Shown: positions 1 through 13,320, counted from the first letter of the stretch. The stretch: 64,000 nt of DNA from the human T2T-CHM13v2.0 reference genome, Homo sapiens (GCF_009914755.1 NC_060926.1), one strand, 5' to 3'. Translations and numbers: made by a program. Notes: generated from the sequence alone by a model not told the origin.

Positions 1-1075
1 TTATCTGATTTCACACTCAGAACTGTAATCTAGGTCTTTCTGCAACCCTATGGAGGGGTCTAGTGAGCTGCAGAGGTGTTGTGCTCTGCAGAAAACAGGG
101 GAGGCATGGAGCCCTGTAGGACTGTCTTTGAAACCCCACTCCACCTCCTTCTGAAAGGCAAGGCTGAGCTGTAATCTAAGTCTTTCCAGATATTCACTGA
201 AGTCAGAACTGGTGCCAACCAACTCTAACCAATAAAAAGTCAAGTTTGCCCACTTGTGAGAGACGCCATGTGGCCTGGCCCTGTGCTTTCTTCCTGTGTG
301 TGGGCTGCTCTGAGCAGGATGCATGTGGCAGCAGAGACGAGGAAGTGCCAAGGCTCATGAAGACCCCAGGACTACAGAAAGGACCGCTGACTTTACAGTA
401 TCATGGCCTGTGTGGACATAAGTGGACATAGGGCAGGGGCCAGCCAGTCAAGGAGTCCCAGGGACCTCGTGTTGACTTATCTTCTGCCCAAGTGGTGAGA
501 AAGGAGGTGGAGACATCTGTGACTGCAGTATCAGCCGGACACAGTGGCACAGGGAGCTTTCTACCCTGTCTGGTCTACAGGCTCATGGAATAGTAGGCTA
601 CCCGGAAGCGTCTTATGATCAAAGCTTTTTGTGTGGCCTACGGTAAAATAAAGTAACTGAGGAACAGCTATAAATAGGGTAGGACACTCTTCCCAAGAGA
701 CTTCTTGCCGGGTGGTGGTCAGAGGCATCTGTGCCCACACCCAGGAATGCCCAACAGGTCCCAGGGCCATGAGACTATGCAGAGGACTAAAAGAGGGTGG
801 GGACACAGCTGTGGTCTCAGGCCCTGACACTTCCTTCGAGGAAGGGTGCAACTGCATTCTTGTATCGGTGTCCTCCCAGGCCTTCCGGGGATTGCCCTGG
901 AAGCGGCCTGCTGGAAATGGAAAGCTATGTGTCTTTTAATTGCTCCTGATCCCTGGAAAATCCCCAGGCGTGGTTGCCTCTGGGGATGTCTTACCCCGGA
1001 ATAAGCAAGCATTTGAAGGTCTCTTGGCTTTCAGAGAAAAGGGAAACACGACACTGGTGGCTGTTGAAGCCAGAA
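1..1075 (+). pseudogene. collagen-like exon remnant (>1 kb, starts before window)
   Basis: GLV-SCR-GVV, GRH-GAL, GLC-GHK, ESQ-GPR, AFR-GLP-WKR, FR-EK-GNT across shifting frames. Confidence 0.75.
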
Positions 1076-1691
1076 TCTCTCTTTCTTCTTCACACATTCT
1101 CTCTTCTCCTGTCCCTTACTCTGTCCATATTTCCTTTCATCTTTTTAGAGAGGTAGAGAAGTTTTTAAAATAGGACACTAGGAATCACAGAGCTGTAAAT
1201 TTCTTTGCTTTCTTGCGTTTTAAAGATTTAAGAAGTGAGGCCCGGAGAAGGAGAGTGGCTTGTCCAGATTAGGAAAAATGAAGCCCAGAGCTTCTAAACT
1301 CAATTTGTGATAGAGCCTCCTTCTTCCTCACTGACGCCCACCTGTCCTGAGGCACCTGCACCTTATCTGCAGAACAATTGGATGTCCTGTTTGCTTGCCC
1401 ATCTATCCACTCAGTTATACAGAGGGTTTCAGATTTTCTGTGGCACTGTGAAACAAACCAAAACCACACAGCTGCCTGGATTTGGGATCTGAGCTGAAAG
1501 ATCGTCTTTGCTTCTCTACTGGTGACCCCAAGCCTGTTATCCTCTGTCTCTCGGGGCTATTTCCTCAGCTTTGCCATAGGGAGGGTTCACTTGGACACTA
1601 ATGCTCTGGAGTTCACTTGGACACTAATGCTTTATCATCTCTCAAATCACTTTCATTCCATCTGAGTGTTGCAGAAATACATGCTTTGCAG

Positions 1692-1981
1692 GGAGCGCAA
1701 TATTTAAGACAACCCAGTCCACCAGGCCTGCGAAGTTGGGAGCTCTCACCAACTTCACCAGACTTCAGAGTTGTTGTGAGATCAGCTAGAATGTGAGCCG
1801 CATGACATATTGCCACTGCGGCCCCCACACTCTGACATTCCTGTGCACGGCCCCTCAACAGCTGCTCCAGTGAGAATCCAAGTATAGTTCACCCTGTGGC
1901 CACATCCTATGCTGCTTTTCGGATCAGCTTTTGGGTACGGCCATTTCTGTGAAGGCCAACCAGCTTGCCTTCATCTTACAG
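1692..1981 (+). pseudogene. collagen-like exon remnant
   Basis: tttgcAG acceptor; RQP-SPP-GLR-SWE-LSP-TSP-DFR-VVV-RSA (from 1707); ends ACAG|gcaag (decayed or GC donor). Confidence 0.8.
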
Positions 1982-2118
1982 GCAAGAATTCCCTCACACA
2001 TTCAATTTCAATGACTCGGTTCAGAGTTTATGTTCTTTTTTTTTTTTTTTCAGTCTTGCATTTACAAACTCACAAAAATGCAACCTGCAATAGCGTTATC
2101 ATGGTTGTGCTGAAATAG

Positions 2119-2306
2119 TCGAGGATCTGGCTGGGGAGAGCTTCATACTTCCTGCAAGGAAAGGCAAGTGATCTGGAAAGCTAGAGTTTCTCGTTTCTGT
2201 TCTAGACCTTCAGTGTCAGGCCAAGTCTCGGGAAAGATCTGCAGCTCTAGGACTCAAGGCTAGAATGTGAGCCGGTGCTCTCCAAAGGTCCCATAGCGTG
2301 ACTGAA
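2119..2306 (+). pseudogene. two small collagen-like exon remnants (2119-2163, 2206-2306)
   Basis: DLA-GES...ARK-G|gcaagt; ttctgttctAG then LQ-CQA-KSR-ERS-AAL-GLK-ARM. Confidence 0.65.
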
Positions 2307-3071
2307 GTTAGTGTAAAGCCAGTCATGTTTTTTCCAGGATAGCTCTGACCCTTCACTCCAACTCTGCCTTAACCAGTCACATCTCAACTTCACTCTGTTT
2401 CTGTCAAAGAAAAGCATAATCTTTACTTTTAGACACATCTGAGCTCAAGTCTTTCTCAGCCATTTGATATAATTTTGTTACCATGGCAAGAAAATTAAGT
2501 AGCCTTGCTTACTCTCAAGTTCCAAAACCTTAAAATCCAGCCACTGCCTGACCATGTGCGTATTGTGAGAATCAAATAGAGTAACACAAGTAAAGTACCT
2601 GGCATGCACGTGAAGTTCCTTTTCTACTCTCAGTTTCTGTCTCTAACATTCCCCATTCCCCCTTCCCCAGACGGCTGTAGTAGAAAAAACCTGAGAACAC
2701 AAAAACTGGCTTCAGCCACCTAACGACCTCTGTGATTCTGAATAAGCTGCCTAATTTCCTCATTGGAAAAGTGGAAATAATAACAATACGGCAATTACAT
2801 CTTTGATAGGATTACGTGATGAAGATGACAGTGATAATGATAGCTGATGTCTATGTTAAATATTTTATTTACGTTTAGTATTTGTGAGTACTATATGCCA
2901 AGTAGTTAATGCATCTCACTCACACAAACATATCAGGTGGATCACTATAATAATGTCTATTTTTCTCATGAGCGACTTGAGGCACAGAGAAGTTAAGTAA
3001 CCTTCCAAGGTAACAGAGAGATGCTTCCAAGAGTCTACATTAGGAGTTCCTTTGTCTTTACTTACCTGCAG

Positions 3072-3391
3072 TGCCTGGCTTATCATCCTGCCCCGGTAAA
3101 TGCCCTACCTGGGTGGAATGAACAAAGGTGAAGAAGGCGTCCTCCGCATTCCTACTGCAGATGGGGCTTTTGTATTTTTGCCCCAGGCTGTGGCTGTTGA
3201 ATTGGAGACCCATCATGCTATTTGGTTTTTTGCTTTCAGGTGTTCAGGACACCAGTGATGGAGGCTTCCTAGGACCACTTGCTTTTAATTCAGCTTGTTA
3301 GGATTTCTCAGGATCAAAGGCAAAATACATGCAGCTCTAAGTCTGTGACAGTGAGCAAATAGCGATCAATGCCTGGGAGAAAGAATTTCAG
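3072..3391 (+). pseudogene. collagen-like exon remnant
   Basis: Strong acceptor tcctttgtctttacttacctgcAG; GEE-GVL-RIP-TAD-GAF-VFL; GFL-GPL-AFN; MP-GRK; ends TCAG|gt. Confidence 0.8.
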
Positions 3392-3423
3392 GTTTAAGGC
3401 CAATTCCAACCTCTCTCCCCCGG

Positions 3424-4508
3424 CTGTGTCCTCCTTAAGCACAGTGCCCCCTCCTGCAGGTGCTTCTGCCAAGACACAGTTGCTCTGGAATGGTGAGAAC
3501 TCATGTGCTCTTGAGCTTGCAAGAGGCTAAGACAATTATTTTCAGAAATGAACCAAGTTAATGAATGTAGATTCAACTTGCTATGATAGGAATCTGTTGA
3601 CCCAGTAAATGTTATAAATTTTTTATAGGTGAATTACTTCCTTCTAAGCATATTTTTATAAATTCCTCCAAGTAATGAGTTGAATGGTATAGTGTTGCCT
3701 GGTTTGTATCTTCATTACCTGCAGTACTTGAAATCTATGATATTAAATCAGCACTCTATGCATAAAGTTATATAGAGATATCTAATTAATGGAATTACTG
3801 TGTGAAAAAAATGTAAAGTGTCAATTACTACAGTGCCCACATAAATGAGAACTCCCAGGTGACCTGAGGCTGCAAAACATACATTTTGCACACACAATAA
3901 TTGATGTCTTTTTTCTTTTCTTCACAAATGCACCTGTTTCTAGTCCAGCCCTCTGGCTTTCCCTGGAATTTCCTCTCCACTTGGAATCGTGGAAGTGGCT
4001 AAAAATTCCACCTCAGATACATCTCTGCAGAACCTTAATTTCTACTTTTGGCTGCTATAAGTCTTGCTTCTTTGTTATCATGGCCTATGATCATGTAATG
4101 GACAGAATGTTGGAAGTAATTCTGCTAATTTAATGTTCATCCAAAGCTGACACATCGTCATTGCACCTTCCTTAGTTGATAAAACAGTCAAAAGATTGAT
4201 CAAGTCTGTTTTACTGCAGTGAGCACATTTTCCTCTCCTTCCTAGTGTCTTTGATCTTTAAATCTCAGTTCTTCATTTTCTGTAGAAGGGATTCCCAAAT
4301 TCTATTCTCTCAGCTGGCACTGTTCTGTAAATGTAAATAAATTTAGATACATATGTGTGTTCCTTAGTTGGAAGAACTACTATTTATTTTTAGAGTGATC
4401 TTTCCTATGTTTTAATGCTTAAATATCCTGAATGTGGGGTGATGATCAATTTTTGTTTTGTCTTGAATTTATGGATCTATTAATATCCCAAATCTGAAAG
4501 GCACTTGC
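3424..4508 (+). pseudogene. cluster of small collagen-like exon remnants (~3424-3492, 3546-3877, 3929-4115, 4147-4218, 4246-4326, 4368-4508)
   Basis: PPA-GAS, ELN-GIV-LP-GLY, ELP-GDL, FP-GIS-SPL-GIV, K-GFP-NSI-LSA-GTV, GSI-NIP-NLK-GTC|gtaag; separated by 27-53 nt intron-like spacers. Confidence 0.7.
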
Positions 4509-4775
4509 GTAAGAATGCTGTTTTTCATTGATTCCCAAATACACTCTCCCTACCCCATCTTCTTATTTCTGAAACTGAAACATAACTTAGAGTCAGCAAC
4601 ACCTTAGTTTCAAAGAAATAGAGGTATATCCATTATTACAATCTTATCACACGTGGATAAGACGAATGTTTATAGACAGACTACTTTTCCTTTGGTTTTC
4701 TCATTGGAGTCATACAATTGAGTGTGTGTGTGGATGAACATACTCTCTGAGTTGCATCAAGATATTTTGGGGGTG

Positions 4776-5048
4776 GTTGATATAGATTGGATTTTTTTCC
4801 CTCAAAATCCATACATGGTATCCTTATAAGAAGAGAAAGACACCAGTCATGCACAGAGGAAAGGTCATGTGAGGACAGAACAGGAGGGCAGCCATCGGCA
4901 AGCCAAAGAGAGAGACCTCACCAGAATCCAACCCTGCTGTCACACTCTTCTTATACTTCTAGCCCCTAGAACTGTGAGAAGTGATTTTTTTTCCTTAAGG
5001 CACCTACTCTGTGATATTTTATTAAAGCAGCCCTAGATGACTAATACA
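4776..5048 (+). mobile_element. MaLR LTR (MLT1A/B-like), internally deleted
   Basis: Resembles MLT1: ccttataagaagag..., ctagcccctagaactgtgagaa...gcagccctag..actaataca end. Confidence 0.7.
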
Positions 5049-5199
5049 ATGGTAAAGGAAGAGATCAATGTTGCCATGATGATATTGGGAATTATTCTGT
5101 AAATGAACAAGTGAACTACAGCTTGGCCACACACACTGGAATGGACAAATTACAGATTATTATTTCTAATCTTTAATTGCAAAAGTTCTCCATATGCAT

Positions 5200-5560
5200 T
5201 GTATTAGTCCACGCTCATCCTGCCAATAAAGACATACCCAAGACTGGGTAATTTATAAAGGAAAGAGGTTTAATTGACTCACAGTTCCACATGGCTTGGG
5301 AGGCCTCAAAATCATGGCAGAAGGTGAAGGAGAAGCAAAGTCATGTCTTATGTGGCAGCAGGCAAAGACAGCGCATGCAGAAATTATCTTTATAAAACCA
5401 TCAGATCTCATGAGATTTAATCACAATCATGAGAACAGCATGAGAAAGACCCAACCTCATGATTCAATTACCTCTCACTGAGTCCTCCCACAACACGTGG
5501 GGATTATGGGAGCTACAATTCAAGGTGAGATGTTGGTGGGGATACAGCCAAACCTTATTA
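5200..5560 (-). mobile_element. THE1-type MaLR solo LTR
   Basis: tgtattagtcc...aaagacatacccaagactgggtaatttataaaggaaagagg...cagccaaacc. Confidence 0.85.
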
Positions 5561-8035
5561 TCTATTAAAATTCAGCATTAAAATCTGAGTCTATTTATTC
5601 ATTTAAAAAATAAACTCTCAGCAAAGAAGAATAAAACGTCATCAAACTACAAAAAAGTATTTATAAATCCTATAGCTAATATTACACTTAATGATAAAAG
5701 ACTGGATGCTTTCTTCCTGAGGTTGGGAGTAAAACATGGGTATCAACTTTCACCACTTCTATTCAATATTGCAAGAGGTCGTAGCTAGAGTGATAATGCA
5801 AGAAAAATAAATAAAGGGATAATAATTGGGAAGGAAGAGGTAAAACTGTTGCTTTTCACAAAGGGCATGATTATCTATGTAGAACACTCTAAGGAATATT
5901 AAAAAAAAACTAGTAGGATGAATAAATGAATTTGGCAAGGCTGTAAGATAATGATTAATATATAAAACATAAACAGTGGAAAAATACTTTTATAAAATAT
6001 CATCTGTAAGAGCCTCACTAATACTTAGAAATAAATTTTATGACTGATGTGCAAGACCTCTGTAAAAATGACTAGAAAACATTACTACGAAATGATAGAA
6101 AATGTCTAAATAAGTAAAAAGACAGACAATGTTCATAAAATGAAATATGTAATGCTAAGATATCCATTTCTCCAAATTGATTCATAGATTCATTATGTTT
6201 CTAATAAAAATTTCAGCAGGCTTTTCAGAGTAATTGGTAAGCTGTTTTTAGAATTCATATGGAAATGCAAAGTATGTACAATATCCAAAATATCTTGAAG
6301 AGTTGGGAAAGTTGGAATACTTACACTAACTGATTTAAAGACTTACTTGGATCCTAGGCCTAAATGGAGAAACTAAAAGTCTAAAAATTCTAGCAGAAAA
6401 CATTCTGCAATTTTAAAGTAGGCAAAGACTTCTTAGACAGAACAAAAAAAAAAAACCATACAAATTAAAAATATATAAATTTATCTTATTCAAAGATAAA
6501 GTCCTCTGATTTTCAAAAGACACTGTTGAAAATATAAAAAGACAAGTCATCGAATGGGAGAAAATACTTTCAATCTGAATAATTGGAAAAGGGTTAATAT
6601 CAAGATTACATAAAGCATTTGTAGAAATCAATTTTGAGAGAAAACTTCAACAAAAATGGGCATAAGACTTAAACAGACACTTCATAAAAGAAGATACACC
6701 AACGTACAAGAAGCCTAAGAAACTCTACTTTATGTCATTCGTTTTTAGGAAAATACAACTTAAAACCACAATGAGATGCCAGAATATACTCACTTGCATG
6801 GAGAAATTGAAAGGACATACCCATCAAGTCTTGTCAGGCATATGGAGCAACTGGAACTCTGATATATTGAACTTGGAAATGTAAAATGGTAAGCCATATT
6901 TGAAAATAAGAATTGGCAGTGTTTTGTAAAGTTATGCATACACTTATTATATTCATTTTTACAAATTACTATGTAACAAATTACTGCAAATCTAGCAGCT
7001 TAAAACCACTCACATTTATTACCTCACAGTTTCCCTGGATTAGGAGTCCAGGCAATGCTTATCTGGGTCCTTTGCTCACAGACTTCAATCAAGGTGTGGA
7101 TTAGGGCTGAGGACTCATCTGAGGCTCATGGTGCTCTTCTAAGCTCATGTGGTTGTTATGAGAAATTTCGTTTCCTTGCAGCTTGCTTCTTCAAGGACAA
7201 CAGGGGAATCTCTCACCTTTAGAGCCTCTTTTAAAAAGCTCAATTGATTAGGTTAGGTTCACCTAGAACAATCTCCCTATTAATTAACTTAAAGTCAACA
7301 GATTGGGAATGCTAATTACAGCCACAAATCTCTGCATCTTTGTTAACTAATCATAGGAATAACATTCATCGAGAAGTCCTACCCACAGTCAAAAGAAAAT
7401 GGTTATATAGGGTGTGTAAACCAGGAGTCAGGGGATCTTGGGAACAGTCTTAAGGAATCTAACTGCTACATTTACAATATGACCCAATAATTCCACTACT
7501 AAATATTTATCCTGGGTAAATAAAAGCATACATTCACAAAAAGACTAGTACATAAATGTTCATACTAATTTTATGCATTATCATAAAAAAACTAAAATAA
7601 CTTCATACACCAACAGGTGAATAGATAAACAGACTGTGGCATAGTCACACAACTTGGCAATATAAAGAAGAACAAATGATTTGTGTTACAAACCAATGAA
7701 TCTCTAAAACATGATATTGATCCAAAGAATTCGGACCCCAGGGAGTGTATATGTTATGATTCCATTAATGTGAAGTTCTGCAATAGGCAAAATCCATCGA
7801 TCCTTAATACTGATATTAAGATAGAAATGAAATCATTGGTTCTAAAGGGCAGAGGAGGGTTGACTGCAAAAGGTCAAGAGGAAATTTTCTGGGGTGATGA
7901 AAATGTTTTGTATCATGTTCAAAGTGACCATTATTGCAAATGTATGCATTTGTCAAAATTTACCAAACTGTACACTCAAATTGTGTATGCATTTTATTTT
8001 ATGTGAATTATTTCTCAATAAAGTTGACTTTTAAA
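5561..8035 (+). mobile_element. old L1M (ORF2 3' part and 3' end) interrupted by an MLT1 LTR
   Basis: A-rich decayed L1 ORF2 motifs (caccacttctattcaatatt, gacacttcataaaagaaga); L1M-type 3' end ...ctcaataaagttg. Confidence 0.8.
6945..7470 (-). mobile_element. MLT1 (MLT1D-like) LTR inside the L1M
   Basis: gtaacaaattactgcaaatctagcagcttaaaacc...tcacagtttc motif typical of MLT1 reverse strand. Confidence 0.7.
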
Positions 8036-8083
8036 AATATAGCTCTTCCACCAAAGAACAAATAAACAAAAAACAAATTTCAG

Positions 8084-8428
8084 AGGCCAGATTATCTTAG
8101 AATGGATTTAGAACCATTCCTCCACTCCCACATAGCAGTCATGTTTGGAAAGAAATCATGTTCGCCTATAAATGTGGAAATATACGACCAGTTAGTCACC
8201 AGCATCTGGCATTTGTGATTGGCTTCATTTGTCTTGTAGTTTCTGGATCTTCAAATATCTTCACGATGGGCTCACTTTCTGTCTAATGCTATTGAACGGC
8301 AATGTGGTCCTTTTCTTTCTAAGAACAGGGAATCACCTAAAAAGAAAAAAAAGGATAGTTTTAACATTTATAGCAAAATTTGCCATGATGGTATGGCAAA
8401 AGATCCAGTTTCTTTTACCGAAGTTATT
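8084..8428 (+). pseudogene. collagen-like exon remnant
   Basis: GNI-RPV-SHQ-HLA-FVI-GFI-CLV; CHD-GMA-KDP; donor gtaagg. Confidence 0.7.
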
Positions 8429-8520
8429 GTAAGGCTTTATACACAGACTTACACACATATGTATAAATACACGTGCATATCAACTTATTTCTCTACACAT
8501 ATCTTCTTTACAAAGAACAG

Positions 8521-8836
8521 CTCATTCAGCAGAAAGACTAGATACTAATTCCCAAAGTATATTACGTGAATAGTTAAAATTATGCTGCCATCTTGTCACC
8601 AAATCTTGCTCACCAAACCTCTTTGATTCAACTGAACAGCAAATAAGCATGGGGAAGGGGCACCATGAGTGACCATGCTGTACCATACATGAACAATCGC
8701 AGGACCTAGGGAAGATAAAAGGCAAGAGTTTGATGAAGAAGGGCCTGCATCGGGCTCTCCAATTTTGTTTCCTACAAGAATCTGTGTAGGCCCAATAGAA
8801 CATGTCACTCATTTCCTGGGAACTAGTAGAGATTCT
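8521..8836 (+). pseudogene. collagen-like exon remnant
   Basis: aacAG acceptor; CSP-NLF-DST-EQQ; IA-GPR-EDK-RQE; E-GPA; donor gtaagt. Confidence 0.8.
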
Positions 8837-9012
8837 GTAAGTAAGTGAATGAAAATGTCTATATGTGTCTATACCTGTGAAACTTTTCGGAAGAAAAAGT
8901 ATCCCATATATAAGTCGAGATTAAATATTCTTTTAAGAATTCTATATTTATCTCAGTGTTTAAAAAAGTGTGGCTTATGAACAGTATGACAGAAGAAATG
9001 TTTTCAATTTAC

Positions 9013-9575
9013 AACAAAGAGTTCGAGAAGATGTTCAGACAGTTATGAAAGGGAACTCAATAAGAGAACCCAACAAATGCCACCTAACTCATGCTTACAA
9101 CATCCCAGTAGGATATTCCTCAAACTGATAATTTTGCAGATCAGGAATCATGGCCAGAGAGTTTCTAATTCTCCTTATTTTAAGGCAAAGCCAAAAGCAG
9201 TATAGTTAGCAGACAGCGGAGCTATGAATTAGACTTGCACTTGTCCTCCAGCCAGGAAAGGAAGGCTGGTTGGTGATTTCAGTATGTGTCATACAACGAG
9301 GTAGCTGGATACACAGATGAGGTCAGAGGAGTTGCTGAACACAGCCAGTTGGGAGACGAGGTTGTATTAAGGAGGATGGTTTCTGGGCTTTCTTGGGTAC
9401 CTTGACTCTGGAACTGAGATGTGTGAGAGGAGATATGTGAAGAGGGAACTGAAGGATCAGCAGATGCAAGAAAAAGAGGCAAGAGTGAGAACGACCAGGG
9501 ATGGTGAGTACAGCTGGAGGACCAGAGGCAAGAGTACAAGATGAGTTGGCCCCACTCAAGTCATTAACAGCCATA
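9013..9575 (+). pseudogene. collagen-like exon remnant
   Basis: CPP-ARK-GRL; GTE-GSA-DAR; GGP-EAR-VQD-ELA. Confidence 0.75.
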
Positions 9576-9756
9576 GTAATGTAACAGCATTAAAATCTGA
9601 ATTGCATGTTTCAAGTCTGTGAAATTGCAATAGCTGCCTTTATAACTGTGAGTTTCAAACCTTATCCACATGCTCAGAGATCTTTAAAAAGTATATGAGC
9701 AATATACTAAGCTATGTACTTAGAATACAAGTAATAAAGGTTCTCATTTCCACTAG

Positions 9757-10640
9757 AATATTGTGAACTACAGCCAAAGGGAGTCACATGTGTGAAATGG
9801 ACAAAGTACACAGTTTAAAATTCTTTAAAATGCAACGCATTCTCCTAAAAGGTATCTAAAACAAATCCCAAGATATCTTTATACAATGTTAAAAGAACTG
9901 TACCTTCTAAAGCAAACAAAACAAAAATCTTTGCCTTTTTTTCACAATTCTATAATGAAAGGTGAAAATTGTGTTTTACTCATAATTTATTTTTGAACAC
10001 CCAATTCTCAAAAGCGATCAGAATGAGTCAGATCCAAGTGTCTGTATGGGTCTAAATTGCACAGTATTAAATTTAGTGTTTGGTGGGAGAGAACATGTAA
10101 ATTTGAGGGAATTACATATACAAACGTGTGAAAGGTAGTCTACTGTGTGGACTTAAAAATAGTCACTTATTTTGTCCTAGTGGAAAAGGAAAACCTCGTT
10201 ATGAATACTAAATAGCTTTGTATTACTTGAAAAGCCTTTTGATACAATTCAAGGTATTGACTTCACAAACATTAGAAAGGGGACTTTTGAAGTGCGCATG
10301 CTTATTAAAGCTATTTAATACTAATGAACGTGAAATGCAGTAGTAATCACATTTATTTCTAGCTATTTGTTCTTTTTTAATTAACCGAATGCAAACTTTA
10401 ACAACCTTTTTTAAACTAACATGTGCCTTTGGGTAAGCTACAAATATTCATTCAAAACCTACAAATATTAATACAAAAGGTCTCTACAATGAAGCACTTG
10501 ATTCAATTTTAATTATCAGGGTTAAATTTTATTCACGATATTGTTGGAGATTCAAAGCTGGATCTGTATACCTCTCTTTTCTGTTGCAACGAGAAGGAGT
10601 AAAGCAAAATATCCAGGAATGAAGCATCATTAACTAATGC
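9757..10640 (+). pseudogene. cluster of small collagen-like exon remnants (~9757-9851, 10000-10096, 10181-10291, 10520-10640)
   Basis: PK-GVT-CVK-WTK; ILK-SDQ-NES-DPS-VCM-GLN-CTV (from 10004); EK-ENL-VMN; GLN-FIH-DIV-GDS; KYP-GMK. Confidence 0.7.
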
Positions 10641-10731
10641 CTTACTCAATAATAGTTTGTGATAATCCTAACACAAATTGTTCTACTTTGCAACTCAATT
10701 TCAGACAACTCTAATTTCTGTTTTCATTCAG

Positions 10732-11568
10732 AATCCAATTATGACAAGGATGGCATTACCTACCATCAGATTTCCAAGTTGAGGGCTTGAGTTGTTGAGA
10801 ATTCCCATAAAACTCCTTCTACATTATTTTTTAGTATTTCCCATGCTCAGAGTCTCTAACAGCCACCTGCTCCAAGAGAGTTTCTCAAACCTCTCATTCC
10901 ATTTCAAATACCTGTGAACACTTTTATTGATACGTTTGTTTAAGATCCATAGAATTGCTTTTGCTGTTACCTCTAATGGAAAGTGTATATGAAGATCCTT
11001 GGAGCTAAGATCTAAGGGAGATCTGTTATGTTCATTTATTTCCAACCCTCAATCCAATACCTTTGCCACCTTTTACTATGAAGACTCTGAGAATTCAGTA
11101 TGTTGAAACACACTGTATACTCATGGTTGGAAACTCTAAGCCATTACAATTTTACCTTAAAAACATGAATGTATCAATAATGTTGATGAAACAAATCAAA
11201 ATTATTGACACTAGTTGTAACAGTGTGTTCTTTAGAGTCTTCTGTATGGACTAAATTTATTCCAATAGGTGCTTATTATTTTCATAGTTCAATTAACTGG
11301 AATAGTGACATCTTACACGACAGGCCCTAACTCAACTCCTTAAGACATAAAGACTGAGTTTCATGGGTCTATCACTTTCTCCTTTTGCAACTTTGGCAGG
11401 CACCAATCAATCAGATGTCCCTACTCATCTCTGATGACTTCTCCAAATTAAATATTTTAGGTTCTTCAATGATATTTCCAAGATGCTTAAATTAAGGATT
11501 GCACCTGCTTGGTTTTTGTATCCTAGCAACTTGTGCAGTGTTGGGAGTGTATTCAGTCTGGGGCCCAG
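10732..11568 (+). pseudogene. two collagen-like exon remnants (10732-11243, 11288-11568)
   Basis: ttttcattcAG; SIS-HAQ-SL*-QPP-APR-EFL-KPL-IPF-QIP-VNT; second block ends GVY-SVW-GP-G|gtaatg. Confidence 0.7.
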
Positions 11569-11619
11569 GTAATGTTAGCAGAATAATTAATTTTATATCA
11601 CTTCACCAGAATGGTTATT

Positions 11620-11880
11620 TTTCTGTGGAAAGCATGAGTTTAACTATATTTCTTGAAGTGAAGCCCCTCAATTGTCTCCTGAGCTGTGCCCACAGTGATG
11701 TGCTTCTTTAAATAGAACTGAAAGTCACTTTGGTGTCTATGCAGCCACGTTGCACCATTGACTCCTGTAGAGTTATTTGTCAATAAAATATTGAGTTGTT
11801 TTCATAGGTTGTGCTCTGTCATTCTGTGCAACTTGTACAGTGTGATTTCATTAACTTGAGTCTACTGTTTCGTACTCAAC
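11620..11880 (-). mobile_element. L3/CR1 LINE fragment
   Basis: gcagccacgttgcaccattgactcctgtagagttatttgtcaataaaa resembles the L3 reverse consensus. Confidence 0.45.
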
Positions 11881-12116
11881 GTACTATCAATAATCAACAC
11901 TGACATGTATTTACTGCTTACTATGTGCTAGGAATAGTTCTAAGACTTCCCTATGCTTTATCTGCATTACTTCAGTTACTTCTCTTAGTAGCTCTGTCAG
12001 GTAGACCGGGGAGTTTGAAGCAAATAGTTTGAGCCTAGGGAATTCAAGGGTTGCATTTGATTGACTGTATTTTATTACCTCTCACTTGTTGAAACTTAGA
12101 AAACTGACTTTCACGG

Positions 12117-12198
12117 AAGAAGTCCTAGTTGCCTAATCAATAACATGGGTACCTCTTTGCTCCCTGAAACTACAGAGAATATTCTAGAGAATCAGAAA
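12117..12198 (+). pseudogene. collagen-like exon remnant (~81 nt)
   Basis: SPS-CLI-NNM-GTS-LLP-ETT-ENI. Confidence 0.6.
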
Positions 12199-12264
12199 GT
12201 ACTGTTGCAAAAATAAGAAATGGCTAGATATCTGAAAAGTTTTATTATAGCAATGTGCATAGTA

Positions 12265-12610
12265 CCTTGCTACTTAAAGACCAGCAGCTGCCTGACAACT
12301 CCGAGGACATGAGAAACCTCAGGTCTCTGTTCAGGTCCAGTGAATCAAAATCTGCATCTTCACGAGATCCTCCCTATGTGTACGCAGGTCTGAGAGTCAG
12401 GAATATAGTGAAAGGGGGCTGCACTTAGAGAGAAGGCCTGGTTTAAGTCCCGGCTCCAGCACATAGTGCCTGTTTGAACATGTTACTTAACATTTCCAGC
12501 CACAGCCTCTTCATTTAAAATATCAGGCAAATGTCGTCTACCTCAGAGTTGCGGCTTAAAATAAACCAGATTTAATACACACGCATGATCAGCCCAGCAC
12601 CCAGAATGTC
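12265..12610. mobile_element. MER5A fragment followed by MIR
   Basis: ccagtgaatcaaaatctgcatcttcacgagatcctcc (MER5A); cctggtttaagtcccggctcc...gttacttaac (MIR). Confidence 0.65.
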
Positions 12611-13213
12611 ACTGATAATGTTACCATATTGATTGAATCCAAATATGTTATTTTGAAACAATGCTTTCCTTTCTCTAATTTTAAAAAATGATACACCTTC
12701 ATTGCAGAAAATTGGCAAAATACATTTTTAATGTGCAGTTTTATTTCAGTTTTTAGCTATATAAAAACTGACATGTCTGAGTATTGTGTCCAATTAAGTG
12801 GCTGTTATAAAAAAGTACTTGAGCTTTAGAAAAGCAGGTTCTATTCTCTTAAAATACATCTATGATAACAAGAACACAAGTAATTAAAATACGTTATATA
12901 TAAAAACCTCCGTAAGTGGTAGATCTAGGCTGAAAGAACCCAGCCTTTTGAACTGGGCAGGCTCAAGTTTAGACCAAGAAGGCAACTTCAATGGATGGAT
13001 GCCTTAAGGCGAGATACTTAAGTCACACCAACTTCAGTTTCTTCATCTGTAAGGATGCTGTTAGGAAGGTTTAACTGAGATGAGGGGGTTAGCTCAGAGG
13101 CTGCCATGGAGGATACTTGATCTGTGGTAGCTATCATGTGATAGGTTATAAAGAAACTCTGCTTTTGACAGCCTCTTCCAAAAGAAGCAAGAAATCAAGC
13201 TTAGTATTTACAG

Positions 13214-13320
13214 GAATTGCAAGTAGCTTTCAGATACTCAATTTAACCATGTCTGAAGGGACCCAAGAGTGTGGTGAGATAAGCTCCTTGGGATGGAATT
13301 TGAAGGCTAACATTGCAAAG
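13214..13320 (+). pseudogene. collagen-like exon remnant (~107 nt)
   Basis: tatttacAG|GA; LK-GPK-SVV; AAAG|gtggg donor. Confidence 0.7.

Noticed and set aside
1585-1631. 21-bp direct repeat gttcacttggacactaatgct with period 26
   Set aside because: Ordinary local tandem duplication with no functional hallmark.
1785-2274. Identical 16-mer gctagaatgtgagccg at 1785-1800 and 2259-2274 as evidence of exon duplication
   Set aside because: The flanks do not align and the copies sit in different Gly-X-Y registers; chance or a local event cannot be excluded.
3066-3108. Apparent 43-nt minus-strand exon (cag|G...CAG|gtaagt) encoding a collagen-like peptide
   Set aside because: It overlaps a longer, clearer + strand Gly-X-Y exon; CCN-GGN-rich collagen sequence also looks collagen-like on the reverse strand.
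8330-8360. Minus-strand polypyrimidine/AG acceptor suggesting an antisense exon
   Set aside because: The A-run falls inside a + strand collagen block (decayed GEK-type codons); no partner donor or ORF support.
10210-10915. Possible ancient LINE RT motifs (FVLLEKPFDTI at ~10217, FKYL at ~10903)
   Set aside because: No convincing QG or YADD motifs in between, and the same bases fit the Gly-X-Y register with splice boundaries in another frame.
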